NCBI GenBank assembly: GCA_036676475.1
Contig: JAKFCU010000028.1
Coordinates: 5,867 to 69,866 of the forward strand
Length of the DNA: 64,000 nt
Direction: 5' to 3'
Origin: Brevibacillus sp.
GTDB taxonomy: Bacteria > Bacillota > Bacilli > Aneurinibacillales > RAOX-1
Below the pieces are notes generated by a model, which searched no databases, was not told where the DNA came from, and was given only the letters and a program-made list of their open reading frames with translations. Positions 1 to 8,327 of the stretch are shown here, one piece after another (within the stretch, counting starts at the first letter, position 1; every line of letters begins with the position of its first letter). The position numbers were made by a program, and so were the translations under genes.

Positions 1-3
1 AGC

Positions 4-747
4 ATGAACCAAGAGCAAATGTCACAGCTACGCAGCATCATTTATGAGGAAAAAAAAGGCCTGGAAGATATGCTTCAAGAAAATGATCATTTTGGCATGG
101 AGCATGCAGGTGTGCATGAATCCATTGGGGAATTGTCAAGTTACGACAATCACCCTGCCGATTATGGTTCTGAAATGTTTGAACGAGGAAAGGACCTGGC
201 TCTAAATGATCATGAAGAAAAGCATTTGCATGAACTGAATGAAGCCTTAAAAAGAATGGACAACGCCACATACGGAGTGTGTGCAAAATGTGGAAAGGAA
301 ATTCCTTTTGAACGTCTGGAAGCCATGCCAACGGCTGTTTTTTGCATTGAACACCAATGGGACGACGAAGTAAGTCAACGCCGTCCAGTGGAAGAACAGT
401 TTCTTTATCCGCCATTTGGGCGCACCAGCTTTGACGAGAAGGATAATGAAACCGAGTATGATGGTGAGGATTCCTGGCAAGAGGTTGCTCGCTATGGCAC
501 CTCAGAATCCCCATCAGACATGGAAGCCGGGCGGACCCTTTCTTACAATGACATGTACATTGAAAGCGATGAACCCATCGGGTATGTTGAAGCATTGGAA
601 GGCTTCATCGTGACGGATTTGGATGGCGGGGCAGGAGAAGATTATGACATCGTTCGCAACGACATTTACAAATCGTACTTGGAACGAGGAGAAGGAGAAG
701 GCATTTTAGAATACGTGACATTTGATGAAGAAGATAACCGTTTATAA
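4..747 (+). CDS. TraR/DksA-family zinc-finger protein (YteA-like)
   Basis: 247-aa ORF starting at ATG 4. Carries a DksA/TraR-type finger, CAKCGKEIPFERLEAMPTAVFCIEHQ, and an acidic C-terminal extension. Confidence 0.7.
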   Translation: MNQEQMSQLRSIIYEEKKGLEDMLQENDHFGMEHAGVHESIGELSSYDNHPADYGSEMFERGKDLALNDHEEKHLHELNEALKRMDNATYGVCAKCGKEIPFERLEAMPTAVFCIEHQWDDEVSQRRPVEEQFLYPPFGRTSFDEKDNETEYDGEDSWQEVARYGTSESPSDMEAGRTLSYNDMYIESDEPIGYVEALEGFIVTDLDGGAGEDYDIVRNDIYKSYLERGEGEGILEYVTFDEEDNRL

Positions 748-876
748 GAAAAGCAGCAAAGAAGGGGGACACCCCTTTCCTTGCTGTTTTTATCTTTTCA
801 GACAAACATGCCCCATGGCGACACCACTGATGAATGTAAGTATTATACGCATAAGCTTCCGGCATTAGTAGCTTTC

Positions 877-2205
877 TTATCGCGACCGGACTTCAAAAAT
901 GGCAAATTTCAAATAATGTCCTTCATTAACTCCGAGAATTTCCGGATGGTCAATACCTGCTCCTGTCCAATGTACCAGACGTAATATCTTTTTGGCATCC
1001 ACAGCTGCCTCTTCAATCGTGTCTCTAAACAACTCAGGAGACATATGAAAAGAGCAGGACGCAGTGACCAAAAATCCGCCTTCATTAACCAGCTTTAAGC
1101 CCTGTAAATTGATATCCTTATACCCTCTGCAAGCCGATTGGACTGCCCCGCGTGATTTGGCAAATGCAGGTGGATCGAGGATAACCACATCCCATGTACG
1201 TCCTTTCTCGACTTGTTCACGCAAATAATCAAAGGCATTCGCTACCACAAACTCTACCCGATTGGAGAAATCATTGAGCTCCACATTACGTTTTGCCGTT
1301 TCAATAGCATGCTCAGAGATATCCAGGCATGTTACTTTCTTAGCGCCATGTTTGCATGCATTCAGTGTAAACGATCCTGTATGGGAAAAACATTCTAAAA
1401 CCGTTGCCCCATCCCAATAAGGAAAGGTGACGATTTGTCCGTTTTTATTAACGGGAACCACTTTCGGCTGGCCATGGGGAAATGTAGGATTATTCGGATC
1501 GCCCTCCATTACCTGATCTATAGGAACTAAGTGTATTCCGCTTTTTCCTCCCCATCCTTTCATTAATGGAGCAATCGCTGCACGATTTTCCCTCTGGTCA
1601 AAAAAGTATCCTGTTTTTTGACCTTCTTTGATATCTACGAAATAGCGCAATCCATTCTCCTCAATTTCCACCTCGGTATGAAATTCTCCATGCCAAAAGC
1701 CTTTCTCTTGCTGTAAACCCTCAAGCTCCCTTACAGGCACATCGTTGCGTAAATAGATCCCTCTAGGTTGGAAAACATCAAGCAGTGCCTGACGGATGTG
1801 CTCCTTGCGGACTTCCATTCCAAGTGAGAGAATTTGGACAACCAAAATATCCTCAAATTTATCAACAATAAGTCCTGGCAAGAAATCTGCCTCTCCATAT
1901 ACCACCCGATAAGAACCAATGTCCCCTAACAAGCGTCGGCGATACTCTGATGCTGTATGGATTCGATTCTTGAAAAAAGCTAAATCGATTTCTTCTTCTG
2001 GATTATAAGTGAGAACGCGAATGATAATTTGAGATTTGTCATTGATATACCCTTTCGCAAGAAACTTCCCCTTGTGATTCAATACTTCTACCACATCACC
2101 GGGTTGATGTGATCCTTCAATTCGCTCCACTTCGGATTGAAATATCCATGGATGTCCTTTCTCCGTTCTCTTTTTACGATTGCTCGCTAAATATACCTGT
2201 GTCAT
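877..2205 (-). CDS. Class I SAM-dependent rRNA methyltransferase, RlmI/YwbD family (PUA + MTase)
   Basis: 442-aa ORF with an N-terminal PUA-like region. Has FFDQRENR, VLECFSHTGSF and VILDPPAFAKS motifs typical of RlmI-type m5C methyltransferases. Confidence 0.8.
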   Translation of the reverse strand: MTQVYLASNRKKRTEKGHPWIFQSEVERIEGSHQPGDVVEVLNHKGKFLAKGYINDKSQIIIRVLTYNPEEEIDLAFFKNRIHTASEYRRRLLGDIGSYRVVYGEADFLPGLIVDKFEDILVVQILSLGMEVRKEHIRQALLDVFQPRGIYLRNDVPVRELEGLQQEKGFWHGEFHTEVEIEENGLRYFVDIKEGQKTGYFFDQRENRAAIAPLMKGWGGKSGIHLVPIDQVMEGDPNNPTFPHGQPKVVPVNKNGQIVTFPYWDGATVLECFSHTGSFTLNACKHGAKKVTCLDISEHAIETAKRNVELNDFSNRVEFVVANAFDYLREQVEKGRTWDVVILDPPAFAKSRGAVQSACRGYKDINLQGLKLVNEGGFLVTASCSFHMSPELFRDTIEEAAVDAKKILRLVHWTGAGIDHPEILGVNEGHYLKFAIFEVRSR

Positions 2206-2326
2206 GTTTACATTCCTTTCGATTCGTTATTCTTCCATTTGCTTGTCATGCCTGTCTCCTTTTATACATACCTATAATTATCATAAACTATTTCTCTTTC
2301 GAATTATCCCTTTTAGGAGATGAACC

Positions 2327-3259
2327 ATGAAAGAAATGATTATTCCTTTTGCTGTGGGTATTACTATTTTTCTATTTGGTATGCAAATCATGCGAATCGG
2401 CTTAAATAATTTGGCGGGAAATAAGCTAAAGGATATTTTGACCCGCTTTACCAAAACCCCTGTACATGGTTTTTTCACAGGAACAGTCATTACCATGCTG
2501 ATGCAAAGCAGCAGTGCTGTCACCGTCATCACCATCGGGTTGACCAATGCCAGGCTATTGACATTCCCCCAAACCATTGGCATTATACTTGGAACCAATA
2601 TCGGGACCACTGTGACCACGCAGATCATTGCCCTTAATATTTCTGATTATGCCCTTCCACTCTTTCTCTTAGGGGCCTTATTATGGTTTCTTCCCATACA
2701 TGCTCTGCGTTGTACCGGCCTTGCTATAGCTGGATTTGGCTGCATTTTTTTGGGCATGGATGCCATGCAGATGATTGCTGAACCCATTCGGGATACAGGG
2801 ATCTTTCGCGAGCTCGTCCTTATGGGCTCTGAAAACAGCGTGATTGGCGTTTTAATCGGGACGGCCATGACAGCAGCGATACAAAGCAGCACAGCGACGA
2901 CAGCGATTACTATGAGCTTTATTGGGGATCATTTGATTCCTTTAACCATGGCCATTGCGATTATTTTGGGGAGCAATATCGGAACCTGTATGACTGCGCT
3001 GATTGCCTCATTGGGAGGGAATACGGCGTCGGCAAGAGTAGCGTGGAGTCATATCATCTTGAATGTGGCAGGGGTTCTCTTCTTTATCCCCTTGATTAGC
3101 GTGCTGGCTTTAATTACCACAATGATGTCCGATTATCCTCCAGCACAGGTAGCCCATGCCCAAACGATCTTTAATGTCATATGCTCCTTGGCCGTTTTGC
3201 CCTTTGCCCATGCCTTTGCTAAATTGATCGAGTTCATCATCCCACATAAAAGGTCTTAA
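2327..3259 (+). CDS. Na+/phosphate cotransporter family protein (YqeW-like)
   Basis: 310-aa polytopic ORF with a duplicated QSSSA/QSSTA Na/Pi-cotransporter signature. RBS AGGAGA lies 6 nt upstream of the ATG. Confidence 0.8.
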   Translation: MKEMIIPFAVGITIFLFGMQIMRIGLNNLAGNKLKDILTRFTKTPVHGFFTGTVITMLMQSSSAVTVITIGLTNARLLTFPQTIGIILGTNIGTTVTTQIIALNISDYALPLFLLGALLWFLPIHALRCTGLAIAGFGCIFLGMDAMQMIAEPIRDTGIFRELVLMGSENSVIGVLIGTAMTAAIQSSTATTAITMSFIGDHLIPLTMAIAIILGSNIGTCMTALIASLGGNTASARVAWSHIILNVAGVLFFIPLISVLALITTMMSDYPPAQVAHAQTIFNVICSLAVLPFAHAFAKLIEFIIPHKRS

Positions 3260-3362
3260 GAAAGCTACTAATGCCAAAAGGCGTATGCGTATAATACTTT
3301 CCGATAAGTGTAAGAAAGCTACAATTGGCCTAGCCATTGCGTATAATACTTTCTGATAAGTG
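3257..3362 (+). repeat. Head-to-tail doublet of the ~52-nt two-hairpin intergenic repeat (copies 1 and 2)
   Basis: TAAGAAAGCTAC...GCGTATAATACTTTC(C/T)GATAAGTG occurs twice, at 3257-3310 and 3311-3362. The first copy begins on the stop codon of the Na/Pi gene. Confidence 0.85.
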
Positions 3363-3383
3363 GTAAATAAGTATAGCGAAAGT

Positions 3384-3425
3384 AAAAAAGATGCCCCTTT
3401 ATCACTTCTGGGTCATCCTTTTTTA
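3384..3425. terminator. Bidirectional terminator-like hairpin between the Na/Pi gene and deoC
   Basis: GATGCCCC-N12-GGGTCATC stem with one mismatch, flanked by an A-run and a T-run. Confidence 0.45.
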
Positions 3426-3426
3426 A

Positions 3427-4095
3427 TTAGTATCCTTGATCTTCAGCCTTTGTTCCCGACACAATCGACACTCCCGCACTAGCCCCGATACGGCTTGCAC
3501 CGGCTTCAATCATGGACATTGCTGTTTCAAGATCTCGTACTCCACCAGAGGCTTTCACGCCTATTTCCGGTCCAACCGTTGCACGCATCAACTTGATGTG
3601 GGCGACGGTTGCCCCTCCTGGTCCAAATCCAGTTGAGGTCTTCACATAATGGGCACCTGCTTCAACGGAGATTCGGGATGCCTCTTGAATTTCTTGGTCA
3701 TTTAGAAGCCCCGTTTCCAGGATAACCTTCACAAGAGCTTGATTGCCAGCTGCTTGCACAACGGAGACGATATCCCTTTTCACTAAAACCTTATCTCTCG
3801 ACTTCAAAGCCCCAACATTTAATACCATGTCAATTTCCGTTGCTCCGTGTTCTACCGCCTGCTTGGTTTCAAACGCTTTCACTTCTGGGGTTGTGGCTCC
3901 CAAGGGAAATCCAACCACCGTAGCTACTTTTACATCCGTACCTGTTAATTGCTCAGCGCAGAGTTTAACCCATGTAGGGTTTACACAAACTGCAGCAAAA
4001 TCATAGTCCTTTGCTTCCTGACACAACTGAAGGATTTGCTGTTCTGTTACTTCTGGTTTTAATATCGTATGATCTATGTACTTGTTCAGTTTCAA
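3427..4095 (-). CDS. deoC: Deoxyribose-phosphate aldolase
   Basis: 222 aa, full-length DeoC-like sequence ([36 protein letters not shown]). Confidence 0.9.
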   Translation of the reverse strand: MKLNKYIDHTILKPEVTEQQILQLCQEAKDYDFAAVCVNPTWVKLCAEQLTGTDVKVATVVGFPLGATTPEVKAFETKQAVEHGATEIDMVLNVGALKSRDKVLVKRDIVSVVQAAGNQALVKVILETGLLNDQEIQEASRISVEAGAHYVKTSTGFGPGGATVAHIKLMRATVGPEIGVKASGGVRDLETAMSMIEAGASRIGASAGVSIVSGTKAEDQGY

Positions 4096-4100
4096 TTCGT

Positions 4101-4562
4101 TTATCCTTTCTTCAAATTTAATAAGGTAAATGCTTTATCGATGACAGAATGGTTATTCTCATAGCCATTCTTCATTTGCATCGTCCATGCTTCAGAGGGT
4201 TGCATCCACTTTACCTTATTAATTTCTTCTAGTTGCGGGACAGGATCCCCGGAGATGGCTTCAACTAAAAAATAATGCACTTCTTTATTAATCTGCCCAA
4301 ATTGAGGATGATAATATTGATAGTAAATAACTTCCAAGGCTTCCACGATCCGTCCTTCAATTCCGGTTTCTTCCTTCACTTCCCGAAGGGCAGTCTGCTC
4401 CATGGTTTCGCCTGATTCTTGTTTACCTTTAGGTAGGGATACCTTCATGTAACGATCTTCAATAACTAATAATTGCAGCCCTTTAGCTTCCCTACGGTAT
4501 ACAACTCCTCCTGCCGATATCTCCTTCAATTCGATCACCCTTTTCTGATCCCAGATCTGCAA
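4101..4562 (-). CDS. NUDIX hydrolase
   Basis: 153 aa with Nudix box [23 protein letters not shown]. Lies 5 nt upstream of deoC on the same strand. Confidence 0.8.
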   Translation of the reverse strand: MQIWDQKRVIELKEISAGGVVYRREAKGLQLLVIEDRYMKVSLPKGKQESGETMEQTALREVKEETGIEGRIVEALEVIYYQYYHPQFGQINKEVHYFLVEAISGDPVPQLEEINKVKWMQPSEAWTMQMKNGYENNHSVIDKAFTLLNLKKG

Positions 4563-4604
4563 TGACTTTCTCTTATTTTAACCTTTATTAACCAAGAAAA
4601 AAAG

Positions 4605-4656
4605 TAAGAAAGCTACTAATGTAGAATTTATGCGTATAATACTTTCTGATAAGTAC
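4605..4656 (+). repeat. ~52-nt two-hairpin intergenic repeat (copy 3)
   Basis: TAAGAAAGCTACTAATGTAGAATTTATGCGTATAATACTTTCTGATAAGTAC. Confidence 0.85.
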
Positions 4657-4726
4657 AAAGAAATACAAATAAGATATCTTGATTAACATTATCAAGACCT
4701 AATTTAAAAGAAATACAAGAAAATAA

Positions 4727-4776
4727 GGGGGCATGACATATTAGCTATGGCTAATATGTCATGCCCCCGTTTTTTT
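4727..4776 (-). terminator. Rho-independent terminator of the 5651-to-4871 operon (hairpin is symmetric, possibly bidirectional)
   Basis: Perfect 19-bp stem GGGGGCATGACATATTAGC / GCTAATATGTCATGCCCCC with a 4-nt loop. T-rich tracts follow on both strands. Confidence 0.8.
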
Positions 4777-4870
4777 ATTGAACTTTCGAATCCCGTCCAT
4801 GAAGCCCTACTTCACCACAGAATATGAAAGATTATTTCGTTCTTTCATAGTAGCTTAATAACTTGCGGAA

Positions 4871-5185
4871 CTAATCACTGAAATCTTTAAACAGTGATTC
4901 TAACTCTTTAACATCATAATAGTTTCCATCACTTATGAATTTTTCAATATCCACCGTACCATCTTCCATAAATTCGATTTCCCACCGTTGACCCGGTACT
5001 GCTACCTCAACCATAATACTTTCGTTTCTTACTTTGTTCAGTTTGTAAAATATACTGCTTTCCTCTAATTTATTAAGAAAATTGATAAATTCTTTAAGAC
5101 CAGCCAAATCCTCACCCCACATCCACATTCTTATGGCACTATCGATCCTCGTTAGCGAAATAAATGATCTACAAGATCTTATCAT
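4871..5185 (-). CDS. Hypothetical cytoplasmic protein (104 aa from the RBS-supported ATG)
   Basis: The ORF-track ORF is 4871-5206. ATG at 5185 has RBS AAGGAAAG 6 nt upstream and lies 1 nt after the upstream stop. No recognisable motif. Confidence 0.5.
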   Translation of the reverse strand: MIRSCRSFISLTRIDSAIRMWMWGEDLAGLKEFINFLNKLEESSIFYKLNKVRNESIMVEVAVPGQRWEIEFMEDGTVDIEKFISDGNYYDVKELESLFKDFSD

Positions 5186-5186
5186 T

Positions 5187-5651
5187 TTATCTTTCCTTAG
5201 TCTCATTCAATCGCTTAGACAATAGTTCCTTAAGTTCCTCAGTAAATTCAACATAAAATGTATCCGAAGCAAGTCCACTTCCTTCCCACCCCATACCAGT
5301 GAATAAGACATTAACTCCACTTCTTATCTCAATCAACATATCTCTGCCTGAACGTTCAAGGAATGATAATGGGTCATTGTGAGATGTTACCTGAACAATT
5401 TTGCCTTTTTTCAATTCTCCAAATACAAACCTAATCTCATTAGGGTCTGTTACATCCACAAACTTCCGATTACCACCTTCTGTATGATAATAGCGAATTT
5501 GCATCGGCAACTTGTAATCATCCCAATCAGCGTTTGTTATGTAGTCTCGCTCGAAATTAAAAGGACTGTATAAGTAATTATTAAAGTAAATCAATACACC
5601 TAGTATCGAAATTACTACAACTGAAGCCGAAATAAATAATATTTTTTTCAT
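5187..5651 (-). CDS. Hypothetical membrane-anchored protein (N-terminal TM helix)
   Basis: 154 aa with strong RBS GGAGGCTAC before the ATG and a hydrophobic N-terminus, KKILFISASVVVISILGVLIYF. No recognisable domain. Confidence 0.55.
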   Translation of the reverse strand: MKKILFISASVVVISILGVLIYFNNYLYSPFNFERDYITNADWDDYKLPMQIRYYHTEGGNRKFVDVTDPNEIRFVFGELKKGKIVQVTSHNDPLSFLERSGRDMLIEIRSGVNVLFTGMGWEGSGLASDTFYVEFTEELKELLSKRLNETKER

Positions 5652-5883
5652 GTAGCCTCCAGTAAGCGAATAAATGTATCTTTATTTTAATTGTACATTA
5701 TTTTTACTTTAACCAGAGCTATATCGAACAGTTCTTATTGAAGTAACCTGCCAGTTAGCAAAGCAAAAAGCAGGGGACGGATGCCGATCCCGTTCCCCTG
5801 CTATCGATCTCCGTTAGTTCAATATGACAATAAAATAACTTTTATAGTAAAATATTAGTATTTGCAAAAGGAGGCTCGTTCTT

Positions 5884-6504
5884 ATGAATATTTTACTTTT
5901 AGGTGCAACTGGACGAGTTGGAAGTCAAATCGTTACTTATGCCCTGCATGACAGACATCATGTTACTGTATTAGTTCGCACTCCAGAGAAGATTCAACTA
6001 AATAATGAAAATTTAACCATTATTCAAGGGAATGTTTTAATTAAAGATGATATCGTACGTGCAATGCATGGGATTGATGTAGTTATTAGTGCACTAAATA
6101 CTGATGGCACAACCACTCTATCAGAAAGTATGCCACTTATTATCGAAGCAATGGAAAACGAAGGTATAAAACGAATAATAACTATAGGAACTGCAGGTAT
6201 CCTGCAAAGTAGAACCACGCCAGATTCTCTGCGTTATCAATCAAGTGAATCAAAGCGTAAGTCAACCCGTGCAGCGAAAGAACATCATAAAGTTTACGAT
6301 ATGCTCAAACAATCAACCCTCAAATGGACGATTGTCTGTCCTACGTACTTGCCGGATGGAGAAAGGGTAGGCAAATATCGAATAGACCGAAATTTTTTGC
6401 CGGAGGGTGGAGTTGAAATATCCGTACCGGATACAGCAGAATTTACATTTAGACAGATAAAAACAAGCGATTATATAAAATCACGTGTAGGTATCGCCTA
6501 CTAA
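5884..6504 (+). CDS. NAD(P)H-binding protein (atypical SDR / NmrA-like)
   Basis: 206 aa with Rossmann N-terminus MNILLLGATGRVGSQIV. RBS AAAGGAGG. Confidence 0.75.
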   Translation: MNILLLGATGRVGSQIVTYALHDRHHVTVLVRTPEKIQLNNENLTIIQGNVLIKDDIVRAMHGIDVVISALNTDGTTTLSESMPLIIEAMENEGIKRIITIGTAGILQSRTTPDSLRYQSSESKRKSTRAAKEHHKVYDMLKQSTLKWTIVCPTYLPDGERVGKYRIDRNFLPEGGVEISVPDTAEFTFRQIKTSDYIKSRVGIAY

Positions 6505-6651
6505 TAATATTCTTAAACTACTTTCAAATTGGATTAACTCGTTTGTTGAAAAAGAAAATAAGATGCGGCAACAATCTACCATCTTCAACTAAAGTCCCTT
6601 TCTGTTATATCTAAATTATGAATTAGAGTCTAAAAATCACAAGGAATTATA

Positions 6652-6724
6652 AGTAAAGGAGATGTTGTAAAAATTTAACGGGTTCTCTTTTGAGGTGCAA
6701 AATTAAATTCCACAATACATTTTT
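6652..6724 (+). repeat. Left arm of a ~70-nt imperfect inverted repeat bracketing a 1.9-kb cassette
   Basis: Core TAACGGGTTCTCTTTTGAGGTGCAAA (6676-6701) matches the reverse complement of 8528-8553 at 25 of 26 positions. Flanking GAGATGTT and ACATTTTT blocks are also shared. Confidence 0.8.
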
Positions 6725-6726
6725 AG

Positions 6727-6750
6727 CGTGAATTCACACATGAATTCACG
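6727..6750. promoter_or_regulatory. 24-bp palindrome made of two GTGAATTCAC-type boxes (candidate operator)
   Basis: CGTGAATTCACACATGAATTCACG. GTGAATTCAC (6728-6737) is itself a perfect 10-bp palindrome. The second box starts 12 bp later. Confidence 0.6.
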
Positions 6751-6853
6751 TTTTTTATTTCCTTGGTATTACTGCACTCTTTGGTATTTTTCTTTAAATT
6801 CAAGCAAGAATTCGCATACTATTTCTCGAATATGGAAAAAATTATTGTACAGT

Positions 6854-6896
6854 GTGAATTTAACTGTGAATTATTATGTGGTTTTCTTTGTGAATT
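6854..6896 (+). repeat. 12-bp-phased direct repeats of GTGAATT (iteron/operator-like)
   Basis: GTGAATT occurs at 6854, 6866 and 6890, with a degenerate GTGGTTT at 6878. The array sits immediately upstream of GGAAGGAG. Confidence 0.65.
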
Positions 6897-6963
6897 TGGA
6901 AGGAGAACAGATATAGAGTTTATTAAACCTAAGAAAACCCAAGGACGAAAAGTTAACTGGATA

Positions 6964-7221
6964 ATGTCTGAACACACCAGAGCAATCGTTAAATACTATG
7001 CTCAATACACTGAATATAGCGAGGATGAAGTTGTGGATACATTTTTAAAAAAATTACTCAAAGATGAAGATTTTATGGAGTGGATTCAGAAGAAGCGTTT
7101 TAACAAACGAATTACAGACCAGCTCTTAATCAATGTTGAGGAAAAGTCCCCGCACCATCGTGAATTCATTCATGAGTTAGTGGGCTTTTTTAGTGGTTTA
7201 AAAATACAGATATTTATATGA
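6964..7221 (+). CDS. Hypothetical small protein (85 aa; start uncertain)
   Basis: The ORF-track ORF 6763-7221 has an N-terminal part that runs through the repeat array. The first ATG after the repeats is 6964, with a weak RBS. The stop overlaps the next start as ATGA. Confidence 0.4.
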   Translation: MSEHTRAIVKYYAQYTEYSEDEVVDTFLKKLLKDEDFMEWIQKKRFNKRITDQLLINVEEKSPHHREFIHELVGFFSGLKIQIFI

Positions 7222-7658
7222 AAATTAATTTAAGGAGGAAGAAGAACAACTTTTCTAAATTGAAAATACTTGCTACCAAAGAAGATAATATTGTTGTTAT
7301 TGAAAGTCCCATCACTGGCACCGAGTTGTCGGAGCGTAAAAAAGATTATCCTCTCCTTTTCCCCTCAGACTTTGCAAAAAATTATCGTGACCTACTGTTT
7401 CAACCCGTGAAATTTCACTTCAAAGGTCAACCCTTCCTCATTCAATTTAATCGTTGTACAAATCCCTTCTACAAATGGTTTGGTGAAACCCAAAAGAGAT
7501 TCGAGGATTTAAAATACAAGCCTAGCCGATATAAAATTGCCGGAAGTGCGAAGCATAATACTCTGGCTATACAATGCAACCCTGATCCTACTGGTTCAAT
7601 ATTAGGCACAACTTGGAATTGTACTTTCGTTGAACAAGTTTTAAATTTAACATTTTAA
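7218..7658 (+). CDS. Hypothetical protein (146 aa)
   Basis: ATGA start/stop overlap with the upstream ORF. Followed by a clean terminator. No recognisable motif. Confidence 0.5.
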   Translation: MKINLRRKKNNFSKLKILATKEDNIVVIESPITGTELSERKKDYPLLFPSDFAKNYRDLLFQPVKFHFKGQPFLIQFNRCTNPFYKWFGETQKRFEDLKYKPSRYKIAGSAKHNTLAIQCNPDPTGSILGTTWNCTFVEQVLNLTF

Positions 7659-7665
7659 AGTAAGA

Positions 7666-7701
7666 GCATTTCTTTGTAATGAGAAATGCTTTTTATTTTT
7701 G
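7666..7701 (+). terminator. Rho-independent terminator
   Basis: AGCATTTCT-N8-AGAAATGCT followed by TTTTTATTTTT. Confidence 0.8.
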
Positions 7702-7761
7702 TCAAAATCAAAGGGATATTTAAATAACAATAATAATATAACAAAAAACAATATTAATTTA

Positions 7762-7790
7762 TTGTAAAACGATAAATGATATGATAAAAT
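7762..7790 (+). promoter_or_regulatory. SigA-type promoter for the DUF2975 gene
   Basis: TTGTAA, 17-nt spacer, TAAAAT, with extended -10 TGaTAAAAT. Confidence 0.55.
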
Positions 7791-7822
7791 CATGTTGTCA
7801 TTAAATAAGTGAGGTGTTTTAA

Positions 7823-8305
7823 ATGAATGTTAAACGAGGTTCAACCACTTTCTTAAAGGTAATTATTTTTCTGACTGGAATTGCATTGCTTGCCGTGTGT
7901 ATATTTTTGTTGCCTGAAGCAGCCAGAAGAGACGCGATAGAGCGTCCGGGTGATTATTCGCTATATCCACTTTTGGTATGTGCATATGGAATATGTATTA
8001 CATTTTCTGTAGCGTTGTATCAAGTATTTAAACTTTTAACCTATATCGAAAAGAACAATGCTTTCTCTGAGTTATCTCTTCAATCTTTGAAGGTAATAAA
8101 AAAATGCGCTTTTACTGTCATTTTCTTCATTTTGTTAGCAATAGTTTATTTAAGGGTGCGTGCTCAATTCACAGGTGATGATGCAGCAGGTCCAATATCA
8201 CTAGGTCTAATGGGCATTTTGGCAACAAGTATCATCGCAGCCATTGTGGACGTACTTCAAAAGCCATTAAAAAATATCCTAGAATTAAAACCAGAAAATG
8301 ATTAA
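7823..8305 (+). CDS. DUF2975-family membrane protein
   Basis: 160 aa with 4 predicted TM segments. Has the characteristic RGSTTFLKVIIFL N-terminus and the NNAFSELSLQSLKVIKKCA motif. RBS GAGGTG. Confidence 0.7.
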   Translation: MNVKRGSTTFLKVIIFLTGIALLAVCIFLLPEAARRDAIERPGDYSLYPLLVCAYGICITFSVALYQVFKLLTYIEKNNAFSELSLQSLKVIKKCAFTVIFFILLAIVYLRVRAQFTGDDAAGPISLGLMGILATSIIAAIVDVLQKPLKNILELKPEND

Positions 8306-8327
8306 CGATTTGATATAGATTTAATTA

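Noticed and set aside
5764-5802. Minus-strand terminator-like hairpin (AGCAGGGGACGG...CCGTTCCCCTGCT, T-run on the minus strand) upstream of the 5651 operon.
   Set aside because: No minus-strand gene lies upstream of it; the neighbour at 5884-6504 is on the plus strand. It cannot be assigned as a feature, so it is mentioned only as context in the orphan-operon finding.
6763-6963. Long N-terminal part of ORF 6763-7221, including the CEFNCELLCGFLCEF peptide.
   Set aside because: No RBS precedes the 6763 TTG or the 6833 ATG, and the periodic Cys pattern is exactly what the 12-bp DNA repeat produces. It is treated as probably non-coding, and the alternative is recorded in a finding.
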